64,000 nt of DNA, taken from the NCBI GenBank assembly GCA_020431405.1, contig JAGQIK010000362.1, positions 9,858 to 73,857 on the forward strand, given 5' to 3'. The DNA comes from Myxococcales bacterium. GTDB lineage: Bacteria > Myxococcota_A > Polyangia > GCA-2747355. The notes beneath the pieces are model-generated. The model ran no database searches and had not been told where the DNA came from. It worked only from the letters and a program-made list of their open reading frames with translations. Below, piece by piece: positions 39,302 through 47,307 of the stretch. How positions within the stretch are numbered: position 1 is the stretch's first letter; each line of letters begins with the position of its first letter. The position numbers and the translations under genes were made by a program.

Positions 39302-41367
39302 TCGAAGAGGTCGGGTGTCGTCAGATCGATCGCGATCAGGTCGGAGACGTCGAGCATCCGAGCTGCTGCAGCACCGTCTTGTAGTGGCGAGAACCGAGGT
39401 CGACCACGGTCCACCGATCGCTCGCCCCTGCTGCCGTCGTACCTTGACAGATCGATGCCCTCGTCGTGCGCGAGCGCGAGCACATCGAGCTCTCGTTTCG
39501 CATTGTCGATGGCGCTTTGCAGCTGCTCGCCGCTTCCGGCAACGATGAGCTCGTCGCCGTCCGATCGCGCTATGCCCACCACGACGCACGTGTCGTCGAT
39601 CGCGACCAGCTCGGGCTCCGATACCCGTGTCGGCTGGCAGAGCCTGCCCCGACGTGTGCCGGCGAGCCATTGGCGACACACGTTCTGTTGCACCAGGCGC
39701 CGCGTCGCTGCTTCGATGGCGTCATCGGCAGATGTGCCCGCGGCGACAGCGCAGGCGAGTGGGCTTTCGAGACGGCGGCAAAGCTCCCTCGCGGTGATCG
39801 TGGTGAGGCTGCCGTCTACGATCGAGCGCGCTCGCACCATCGCCGTGCGGCGCTTGCCGACCTCCCCATGTGGCGCCCACTGCCGGGCGGCGTAGTCGGC
39901 GAGCGCGTCCAGCGCGGTTTGCTGCCAGCGCGCCTTCGCGTCGCTGCCTGCTCCTGCACCTCTCGCGCGCCCCTCCACGTCGAGGGTGTACATCCAGTAG
40001 CCGCGCCGTATCGCTGCAATGGACGCGATCGGCGCGCCTGGGCCACCGATCAGGCTCTTGATGCGGCGCACGAGGCCGCGGGACGTGCCCGCTCGCGCGA
40101 AAGTGCCCGCGTCACCGCGCCGCTTCGGCTGAGCTAGCGCGGCGATGTCGCCAGCGCTCTCGAATGCCGGTCCCTGTCCGCGGGGCCCTGACATGACCTG
40201 CGCGGGCGCCTTGGCCGCCGTCTCCTCGCGAACGTGACGAGCTAGCTGCTCGCGCGTCGCGAACACCTGCGGAGGATTGCATCGTCGACAACGCGGGTGG
40301 GGTAGAAGCGGCCTGGGAAACCCCATCGAGCCGGGATCGCTCTCCACCACACCCAGCGCGCGCCGAAAGTACATCATTCCCGGCGATCTGGAGCAGTAGC
40401 GAGACGCGTACATGGTCATCAGCAAGGCGTTGATGTGGGCGATGCCGTGGGCGCTGCGGCGCAGATCGTCAGGGTGCTGACAGTGCGCCTCGTAGCCCGC
40501 GACGACACCTGGCAGGCGCAGCAGCGTACATTCGAGACAGACCGCTGTGCGATCGAGCGCGACTCCGATCAGCAGCTCGGAGCCGACGAGCACCGAATAG
40601 AGGTAGGGCGAGTCGCCAAGTCGGCGACCGTAGCGCATCGCCACCTCTGCCGTGCTGCTGTCATAGCCTTCGAAGGCGAACAACGTCAGAGGTTTGTTCT
40701 GATCTCGATGGCGCTCCGGCGCGATGTCGCTGTCGCCGACGTCGTGCAGGCTCAACGTCAGCTCGCCGCGCGTCGAGGCGAGCCGCGCCGCGTAGCGGGC
40801 GCAGCTATTGTGGTCGCCGGCGCCGGCCACGCCCGAACAGATCCAGCGCACCCGTCGCGCTCCATAGCGAGCGAGCACGTCGAGTAGCTCGCGCGCGATC
40901 ACACCGTCTCCGAGCACGTGCAGCTCCGTTGTTGCCAAGAGCTCGGAGATGCGCGCCGCCGGCAGCAAGTACGAGCGGTACCCCCGACCGCAGGTGTGCG
41001 GATGAGCGACGAGCAGGACGAGGCCGGCGTCGATCAATAGCTCGAGCGCTTCACGACCAGCTGCGTCGGGCACCGCCTCCTCGGCGGTGCGCGTGCCGTC
41101 ACAACGACGGAGCACTCGCTGTAGGACGTCGCTTTCGATGAGCTCGTGATCGACGGTGACGACTCGTCCGTCATCGAGCGCGACATTGGCTGTGGGCAGC
41201 TCGATCCAGCGCAGGTGATCGAGTCGGCACGGCACGAGGGGACGATGCGCCGGCTGAAAGGCGGAGCTGCGCTGCTGCAGGCTCAGCAAAACGCCGCACC
41301 ACTCGGCTGGAGGCAAACCACCCGCGAACTCGATGGGGGGAACCCACCAGCGACGATGCAAAGCCAT
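39256..41367 (-). CDS. Hypothetical protein whose N-terminal half is paralogous to the RRE/E1-like domain of the YcaO fusion at 28718..30850. The C-terminal half is uncharacterised and may be a degenerate YcaO-like region.
   Basis: Shares the winged-helix/RRE-like pattern, a Rossmann-like HVLGDGVIARELLDVLARYG, and the CLEC motif (compare CFEC). The C-terminus GAGAGSDAKARWQQTALDALADYAAR lacks the ELLERD Mg-ATP motif. Confidence 0.4.
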   Translation of the reverse strand: MALHRRWWVPPIEFAGGLPPAEWCGVLLSLQQRSSAFQPAHRPLVPCRLDHLRWIELPTANVALDDGRVVTVDHELIESDVLQRVLRRCDGTRTAEEAVPDAAGREALELLIDAGLVLLVAHPHTCGRGYRSYLLPAARISELLATTELHVLGDGVIARELLDVLARYGARRVRWICSGVAGAGDHNSCARYAARLASTRGELTLSLHDVGDSDIAPERHRDQNKPLTLFAFEGYDSSTAEVAMRYGRRLGDSPYLYSVLVGSELLIGVALDRTAVCLECTLLRLPGVVAGYEAHCQHPDDLRRSAHGIAHINALLMTMYASRYCSRSPGMMYFRRALGVVESDPGSMGFPRPLLPHPRCRRCNPPQVFATREQLARHVREETAAKAPAQVMSGPRGQGPAFESAGDIAALAQPKRRGDAGTFARAGTSRGLVRRIKSLIGGPGAPIASIAAIRRGYWMYTLDVEGRARGAGAGSDAKARWQQTALDALADYAARQWAPHGEVGKRRTAMVRARSIVDGSLTTITARELCRRLESPLACAVAAGTSADDAIEAATRRLVQQNVCRQWLAGTRRGRLCQPTRVSEPELVAIDDTCVVVGIARSDGDELIVAGSGEQLQSAIDNAKRELDVLALAHDEGIDLSRYDGSRGERSVDRGRPRFSPLQDGAAAARMLDVSDLIAIDLTTPDLFDYCEVEVWAVSKTSA

Positions 41368-41447
41368 CGGACCTAACGAGCGCTAGACTGATCTATAGTA
41401 GCGACGATTCGGGAAATACTGCCCGTCACTCAAGTGCGAGTCAAATC

Positions 41448-43067
41448 ATGCCGATCGCCGATGCATGCGCAGCGTGGGCCGCTGCGCTCGCGCCAGACCG
41501 AGTCTCGCGCGACGCCAACGTCGTAGCGAAGTATGGGCGATCGACGTTGGTCGAAGCACCGCAACCGCTGGCCGTGCTGCGACCGACCTGCCGCGACGAG
41601 GTTGTCGCCGCCGTCAAGATCGCGAGCCAGCACGCGGTGCCGCTCTACCCGATCAGCCGGGGACGAAACTGGGGTTTGGGGGCAGCCTGTCCGCCGACGG
41701 CGGGGCAAGCCGTGCTCGACCTGAGCCTCATGAACAAGATCGTCGAGGTCAACGAGGAGTTGGCCTATGCGGTGATCGAGCCCGGGGTAACCCAGGGGCA
41801 GCTCGCCGAGTATCTGGACGACAACGAGATCGACTTGATGCTCGATTGCACCGGGGCGGGGCGCGACGTGAGCATCGTCGGAAACTGCCTCGAACGTGGT
41901 GACACCTTCGGCGTGTACGCAGACCGGTTCTTGCATTGCTCGGCGTTGGAAGTCGTCTTGCCCAACGGGGACGTGATCACCACCGGCCTCGGTCATCTCG
42001 ATGCGGCCGCGACAAACCTCTACAAGTGGGGAGTTGGACCATCGCTCGACGGGTTGTTCAGCCAGTCGAATTTCGGCGTTGTGACGCGGCTGACATTGGA
42101 GCTGATGCCGGAGCCGGAGACGATGTCGGTCTATTTCTTCGGCGTCGAAGACGAACAGCTTGAAGACCTCATCGAAGCGCTTCGGCCGCTGCGCTTGTCT
42201 GGCGTCATACACACGGCGCTGCACCTGGCCAACGACTACAAGGCGCTGGCCGCCATGGAGTTCTATCCGTGGGACGAGACCAATGGCCAGACGCCGCTGC
42301 CCGAGTCGGTGCGTCGCCGCATGCGCGCGCGGTACCCGTTCATTCAGGGCTGGATTGGCAACAGCGCGTTCTATGGCACCCATGACCAGGTGCAAGCTCA
42401 GCAACGGGAGCTGAAGCGGGCGCTGCGCGGGATCACGCGAGTGCAGTTCGTCACCCCGAGGAAGCTCGAGTGGGGGCTGCGCGCACTTCGTGTGCTCGCG
42501 CGCACCAGGCTGCCAGTGGTCGATCGGTTGGGTACGTTGGTCGAGCGTGCGCGGACGATGCTCACGTTGATGGCCGGGATCCCCAGCAACAACACACTGC
42601 TCGGAACTCAGTGGCGGTTGCGCCGAGAGCCGCACGAGGAGTCGCTGGACCCGCTCGACAATGGCATCGGTATGTACTGGTTCGCGCCGATCTGTCCGCT
42701 TACTGGAGAGCACGTACGAAGGCTGCAGCGTTTGATCGAGGAGATCTCGGCGGAGTACCAGTTCGAGCCGATGCTCAACCTTACGTTGCTGACCGGGCGG
42801 GCAGCGCTGCTGACGAATGTCGTGCTCTACGATCGCGACGATGCGAGCGAGAGAGAGCGCGCGGCGCGCTGCAACAACGCATTGGTCGAGCGCGGGATCG
42901 CCGCCGGCTATCCGCCGTTTCGCTGCAGCATCGATTCATTTCGACACCTCGGCGCGAACGACTCACCGTACTGGCGATTCGTGCGGCAACTGAAGCGTGC
43001 GGCGGATCCGGAGGGCGTTATCGCTCCCGGCCGATACTCGCCGTGGGTCTTCCACGACGCGAGCTAG
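41448..43067 (+). CDS. FAD-binding oxidoreductase (PCMH-type FAD-linked oxidase family).
   Basis: N-terminal FAD-binding region (…AVLRPTCRDEVVAAVKIASQHAVPLYPISRGRNWGLG…). 539 aa. Confidence 0.55.
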   Translation: MPIADACAAWAAALAPDRVSRDANVVAKYGRSTLVEAPQPLAVLRPTCRDEVVAAVKIASQHAVPLYPISRGRNWGLGAACPPTAGQAVLDLSLMNKIVEVNEELAYAVIEPGVTQGQLAEYLDDNEIDLMLDCTGAGRDVSIVGNCLERGDTFGVYADRFLHCSALEVVLPNGDVITTGLGHLDAAATNLYKWGVGPSLDGLFSQSNFGVVTRLTLELMPEPETMSVYFFGVEDEQLEDLIEALRPLRLSGVIHTALHLANDYKALAAMEFYPWDETNGQTPLPESVRRRMRARYPFIQGWIGNSAFYGTHDQVQAQQRELKRALRGITRVQFVTPRKLEWGLRALRVLARTRLPVVDRLGTLVERARTMLTLMAGIPSNNTLLGTQWRLRREPHEESLDPLDNGIGMYWFAPICPLTGEHVRRLQRLIEEISAEYQFEPMLNLTLLTGRAALLTNVVLYDRDDASERERAARCNNALVERGIAAGYPPFRCSIDSFRHLGANDSPYWRFVRQLKRAADPEGVIAPGRYSPWVFHDAS

Positions 43068-43073
43068 CAGCGC

Positions 43074-44945
43074 TCAGAGCACGCAGTTGAGGCGAATGGT
43101 GCGGATCACGCGGCGCAGGATCTGATAGAGCAGCGTGGTCTTGCCGCCATCGATCCGGGCGACACCGGTCATGTCTGGACGAAGGAGCCGCTTGGGGTTG
43201 CTGACGCGGCTGCGTACGACGAGGTAGCGCTTCTTGGTGGTGCTGTCGACCTCGACCTTCGCAGCGATCGCCACGACTTTTCCGGTGAACGATCGCTCCG
43301 GCATGCTCGTCACCTTCAACTCCACCGGCTGGCCAACCTTGATGATGTCGAGGTCCTCCTCGGCGACCTTTACCTCTACATCCATCGTGCTCGAGTCGGC
43401 CACTTCGAACAGCGTTTCGCCTTTCTGAACGCGACTGCCTAGCCTCTCTTTGAGCTTTCGAGTGACGATCGTGCCTTCGATGGGGCTGTAGACCATCGTT
43501 CCCTTGAGCTGGTCCTCGACGAGACGGCGTTTTGCGACCAGCGCGTCACGTTTGGCAGCGAGCTGGGCGAGCTCTTCCGGCGACGGCTTCTTGGTCAACA
43601 CCGAAAGCCGTGCACGCTGCTCCGCTGCCGCCGCCTGACGTTGCCGAAGATCGTCGGTGCAGGTTCGTAGCTTGTCGCGCGCTACCACGCCTTGCCGCAC
43701 CAGCCGTCGCAGGCGTCTGCACTGACCGCGTTTGATGCGCACCGCCAACAACTTGGATCTGACCTCACGCCACGCGCTGACCCGTTCTTCCTTGGTCGCG
43801 CCGCGCTTGAGCCGCTTGATCTCCGCGTCTACCGCCGCGATCTCGGCTACCCCCGACTGCAGCTGTCGCTCGAGATCCGTCTTGTCGAGCTTCACCACGA
43901 GCTCGCCCTTCTTGACACGCTCGCCCTCGCCTTTGAGAACCTCGCCGATCAGCCCGTCGATCGTCGGCCGCACGGCCCGGCGCCTAGCGGGGCGTAGTGT
44001 ACAGTCGTGCTTGGCGCTCAGCTGCACTGGGATGAGCGACGCGATCAGCGCCAGCACGCCGACGACGCCTAGCCGTATTCCCCACTTGAGCAGGCGTCGG
44101 CCAATGGACGGCTTGGGTAGGTGTGACCCAGCCGGTGGCACCGCGTCGTCCTCGTCGTCCTCTTCTTCTTCGTCGTCTTCTTCGTCGTCCTCGTCGTCGT
44201 CTTGCTCGTGCGCGCCGATCTCTCGCATCAGCTCGGATTGCATCGCCTCGAGCGAGGTGGCTCCGCGTCGGCGCATCTCGCCGTTGATGATCTCGAGCAT
44301 CGAGCGGGCCTCGACGTTTTCGGGGTCGAGCTCGATCAGGGCCTTGAGGTAGCGAATCGCCTCGATGACGAGGCCTTGCTTGTACATGACGAGCGCGGCG
44401 TTGAACATCCGCCGGCTCTCGGCGCGCCACGCTGATTCGACGCTGCGTTGCTCCGCGCGGACCATTTCCGTGTGAGGCGGCTCGGGGACCTCGCGGAACG
44501 CATCGTCGCGCATACCGAAGTCGGCCATGCGTGCGTCGAAACGGCGCCGGCCCGCGTCCCGGAGTTGCTGGTCGTGTTCGCCCTCGTCGTCGTCCCACTC
44601 GTGGCCCGTCGTGGCGGACAGGATCGTGTCGTCGTCGTCGTCGTCGTCCCACTCGTTCTCGGGTGCGGTGAACTCCGTGGGCGCAGCAAGGTCGAGGGCG
44701 CCGATGGCGGCTAGCCTCTGCACCACGAACTCGATTTCCGTGGCCTTTAGCGCGATAGAGTGTGCATGCGCAGCTTGCAGCAGCTGGGGCAGGCTCGTTC
44801 GACCATCTAGCTGCCGGGCGAGAAACGCCAAGCGCTTGTCGGCGGAGATCGACTGCTGCGTGTCGAGGTTGCGTACTTCGACGAGGTTGCCATTGAGAAC
44901 AACCCGCGCTCGCTCGCTCAGTTTGGGTTGCGTCGAGTCACCCAT
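43074..44945 (-). CDS. HlyD-family membrane-fusion / secretion adaptor protein with an acidic low-complexity N-terminal region.
   Basis: Biotin-lipoyl-like, coiled-coil and beta-barrel segments (…VVKLDKTDLERQLQ…YSPIEGTIV…). DDDEDDEEDDEEEEDDEDD run. Confidence 0.55.
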   Translation of the reverse strand: MGDSTQPKLSERARVVLNGNLVEVRNLDTQQSISADKRLAFLARQLDGRTSLPQLLQAAHAHSIALKATEIEFVVQRLAAIGALDLAAPTEFTAPENEWDDDDDDDTILSATTGHEWDDDEGEHDQQLRDAGRRRFDARMADFGMRDDAFREVPEPPHTEMVRAEQRSVESAWRAESRRMFNAALVMYKQGLVIEAIRYLKALIELDPENVEARSMLEIINGEMRRRGATSLEAMQSELMREIGAHEQDDDEDDEEDDEEEEDDEDDAVPPAGSHLPKPSIGRRLLKWGIRLGVVGVLALIASLIPVQLSAKHDCTLRPARRRAVRPTIDGLIGEVLKGEGERVKKGELVVKLDKTDLERQLQSGVAEIAAVDAEIKRLKRGATKEERVSAWREVRSKLLAVRIKRGQCRRLRRLVRQGVVARDKLRTCTDDLRQRQAAAAEQRARLSVLTKKPSPEELAQLAAKRDALVAKRRLVEDQLKGTMVYSPIEGTIVTRKLKERLGSRVQKGETLFEVADSSTMDVEVKVAEEDLDIIKVGQPVELKVTSMPERSFTGKVVAIAAKVEVDSTTKKRYLVVRSRVSNPKRLLRPDMTGVARIDGGKTTLLYQILRRVIRTIRLNCVL

Positions 44946-47289
44946 TTCTTCGAGGCACGATCAGGCTAACAGACGTAGGGCCTGGGGCAATCCAGCGCTC
45001 CGCGGCGGCGGCAACGTCGGCTGCCTTCGTCGACCGCAGTCGCTCGATCCAACGACCTGGGCTCAATTGCGCTGAACAGGTCTCTCCGAGAGCCAGCCAA
45101 CTGCTCGCGGTGTCGGGAGAAGACATCGTCGCGACCACGTTTCCGACCGCCCGCGCCCTGGCAAGCTCGATCTCTTTGGTGTGCTCGGCTGCCTCGACAG
45201 CGGCTTCGAGCACGCTCCGCGTCTCCTCGTACACCTCGTGTGGCTGCGCCGGCGTTATCGCAGTGACCAGTAGACAGCCACCCTCGGCGGCACAAATGTA
45301 TTCGGCGCGAATGTCGTACACGAGGCCGAGCATATTGCGCACGCGTTCAAAGAGCCAACCCGATTCGCCACCGAGTAGCCTGCAGAACAGCTCGCATGCG
45401 CTCGCCTCTGCGTCGCCGAGCGTCGGCATCGCGAAGCCAACAGCGACGAAGCCGAGCGGCAGGAAGGGAGATTGCACCACCCGGGGCCGCCAGCTCGGGG
45501 TTCCGAGCACGGTGCGAGCTCGTCGCGTAGGCGATACAGGGTCCAGCGTGAGCTCGGCCAGCTCGCTGCGCTCTTCAGTCGTCACGGCCATGCCGCTGAT
45601 GGCGATGATCGGTGACCGTCCGCTCCATTGGACGGTGCAGTCGCCGAGGGCACCGCGGATGACGGACGCTCGCTGCTCCTCGCGAGCGACCTGTGGCGTG
45701 ACCTCGGCAGGCAGGTCGCTGTCGAGGAGCTCTGCGACGCGAGTGACCAGGTGACGTACCCTCTCGGGCGTGTCGCCATGGCAGCGGGTCGTTACCACCA
45801 GGCCGTGGTGTTCGAGCGTGACGCTCGTCAGTGGATCGCACAGGCCCTCTTCGAAGAGCTCTCTCGCGCGCACCGAGGCATCCCAACTGCCAAACACCCC
45901 CGTAGGAATGACGGCCTCGATGCTCGACGTCATCGACGCGAACGACTCGAGCGGCGCGTAGATGATGCCGTTCTCGAGCCGCTCGACCTCGGGCAGCGCG
46001 CTTCGAACCTTCGGCGGCGGTCTCCGTTTCGCGGCGGCGAGCGGGGGCGTGTGCGGCTCGGGCGTGAGCTGCACCTGAAGTGCGCGCTCTTGTGCAAGGT
46101 ACGCGCTCGTCGTCAGCCGTAGCTCCTCGGCGCCCAGCGATCGCAGGCGCGCCAAGTCGTGCCAGGGCCGCAAAGGCTCGTGGTGAGTCACGATCGCGTC
46201 ACCGAGCCACGCGGGGACGTTGACCGCGTCCAGTGACGTCATCTGCTCGATCTCGCAGGTCCTTCGAAGGTCGTCGATGTCGAAGGTCTCGATGAAGCGC
46301 TCGGGAAGGCTGCGCAGCCGTCTCATTTCGCTGCGCGGGTCGGAAGTGCCAGGCCCGATCAGAACGAAGAGGCTCGAGCCTTTGCGCGGAATATGCACGC
46401 CGAGGGTCTGCGGCGAGCTGTTCGCCAGCAGCTGCCCGATCCCGCGTGCTGCCACCGACAACGGCAGAGATGCGGGCGAGCGCACATCGGGCAAGACCCA
46501 GGCGGCGGCGAGCTGCGGAAACGCACGAGGTGTGCGGCCATCGATGCTCGCGCCGGGCGGGTCTACAGCGAGTCTGTGATGTCGAATGTGGGGCGAATCG
46601 TCGACCTCTGGTCGGGCTCGTGAGCCGCTGAAACAACGCGCTAGCGACTTGGCGTCGACGGGCCCCGCGGCGACGACGACCGTGCGCGAGGGACTGACGA
46701 CGTAGCCGTGAAGGTCGCGAAGCACCGACGCGGAGACGCCTTCCACCGTCTCGCGTGCCCCCAGTGGATCAAACCGATATGGATGACCGTGGGGGTAGAG
46801 TGCGCGTCGGACGGCAAGCACCACAGGGCGCCACAGCTCGCCTTCGCTCTCCATCAGCTCGGCGATGATCACACGTCGCTCATCGCGAACGTCCCCGGCG
46901 TCGATGGTCGGCCACAACGTGTGGTCGGCTAGCACCCTCGCCGCCTCGTGCGTGTGGGCGGCGGGCACCTTGACGGACGTGGCCATCAGATCGAACGCCG
47001 TGAAGGCCTGCACCGTGCCGCCGAGCGCTTCGATCTCGTCGCTGAGGTACCCCGAGCGCCGCGTGGACCCCAAGAACAGCATATGTTCGAGAAAGTGCAG
47101 CGTGCCTGGCGAGCGCTCGACGCACGTGCCGACACTCGACACGATGCCGACGCAAGCGACGGGAAGTGTGCAGGGCAGGACGATCACGCGTAGGCCCGAA
47201 TCGGTCACTGCGGTATCGAGGGTTACGCGAGTGCCAACGAGCGATCGGGACATGCGCCTCAGCATACGGGATGCGCTGGGTGCGTACAC
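44938..47289 (-). CDS. M16-family zinc peptidase (insulinase/pitrilysin-like), a double-domain protein.
   Basis: Inverted zinc motif HFLEHMLF (HxxEH). 783 aa. Start overlaps the upstream gene. Confidence 0.7.
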   Translation of the reverse strand: MYAPSASRMLRRMSRSLVGTRVTLDTAVTDSGLRVIVLPCTLPVACVGIVSSVGTCVERSPGTLHFLEHMLFLGSTRRSGYLSDEIEALGGTVQAFTAFDLMATSVKVPAAHTHEAARVLADHTLWPTIDAGDVRDERRVIIAELMESEGELWRPVVLAVRRALYPHGHPYRFDPLGARETVEGVSASVLRDLHGYVVSPSRTVVVAAGPVDAKSLARCFSGSRARPEVDDSPHIRHHRLAVDPPGASIDGRTPRAFPQLAAAWVLPDVRSPASLPLSVAARGIGQLLANSSPQTLGVHIPRKGSSLFVLIGPGTSDPRSEMRRLRSLPERFIETFDIDDLRRTCEIEQMTSLDAVNVPAWLGDAIVTHHEPLRPWHDLARLRSLGAEELRLTTSAYLAQERALQVQLTPEPHTPPLAAAKRRPPPKVRSALPEVERLENGIIYAPLESFASMTSSIEAVIPTGVFGSWDASVRARELFEEGLCDPLTSVTLEHHGLVVTTRCHGDTPERVRHLVTRVAELLDSDLPAEVTPQVAREEQRASVIRGALGDCTVQWSGRSPIIAISGMAVTTEERSELAELTLDPVSPTRRARTVLGTPSWRPRVVQSPFLPLGFVAVGFAMPTLGDAEASACELFCRLLGGESGWLFERVRNMLGLVYDIRAEYICAAEGGCLLVTAITPAQPHEVYEETRSVLEAAVEAAEHTKEIELARARAVGNVVATMSSPDTASSWLALGETCSAQLSPGRWIERLRSTKAADVAAAAERWIAPGPTSVSLIVPRRNG

Positions 47290-47307
47290 GTATGGCGAAA
47301 CAAAGCG

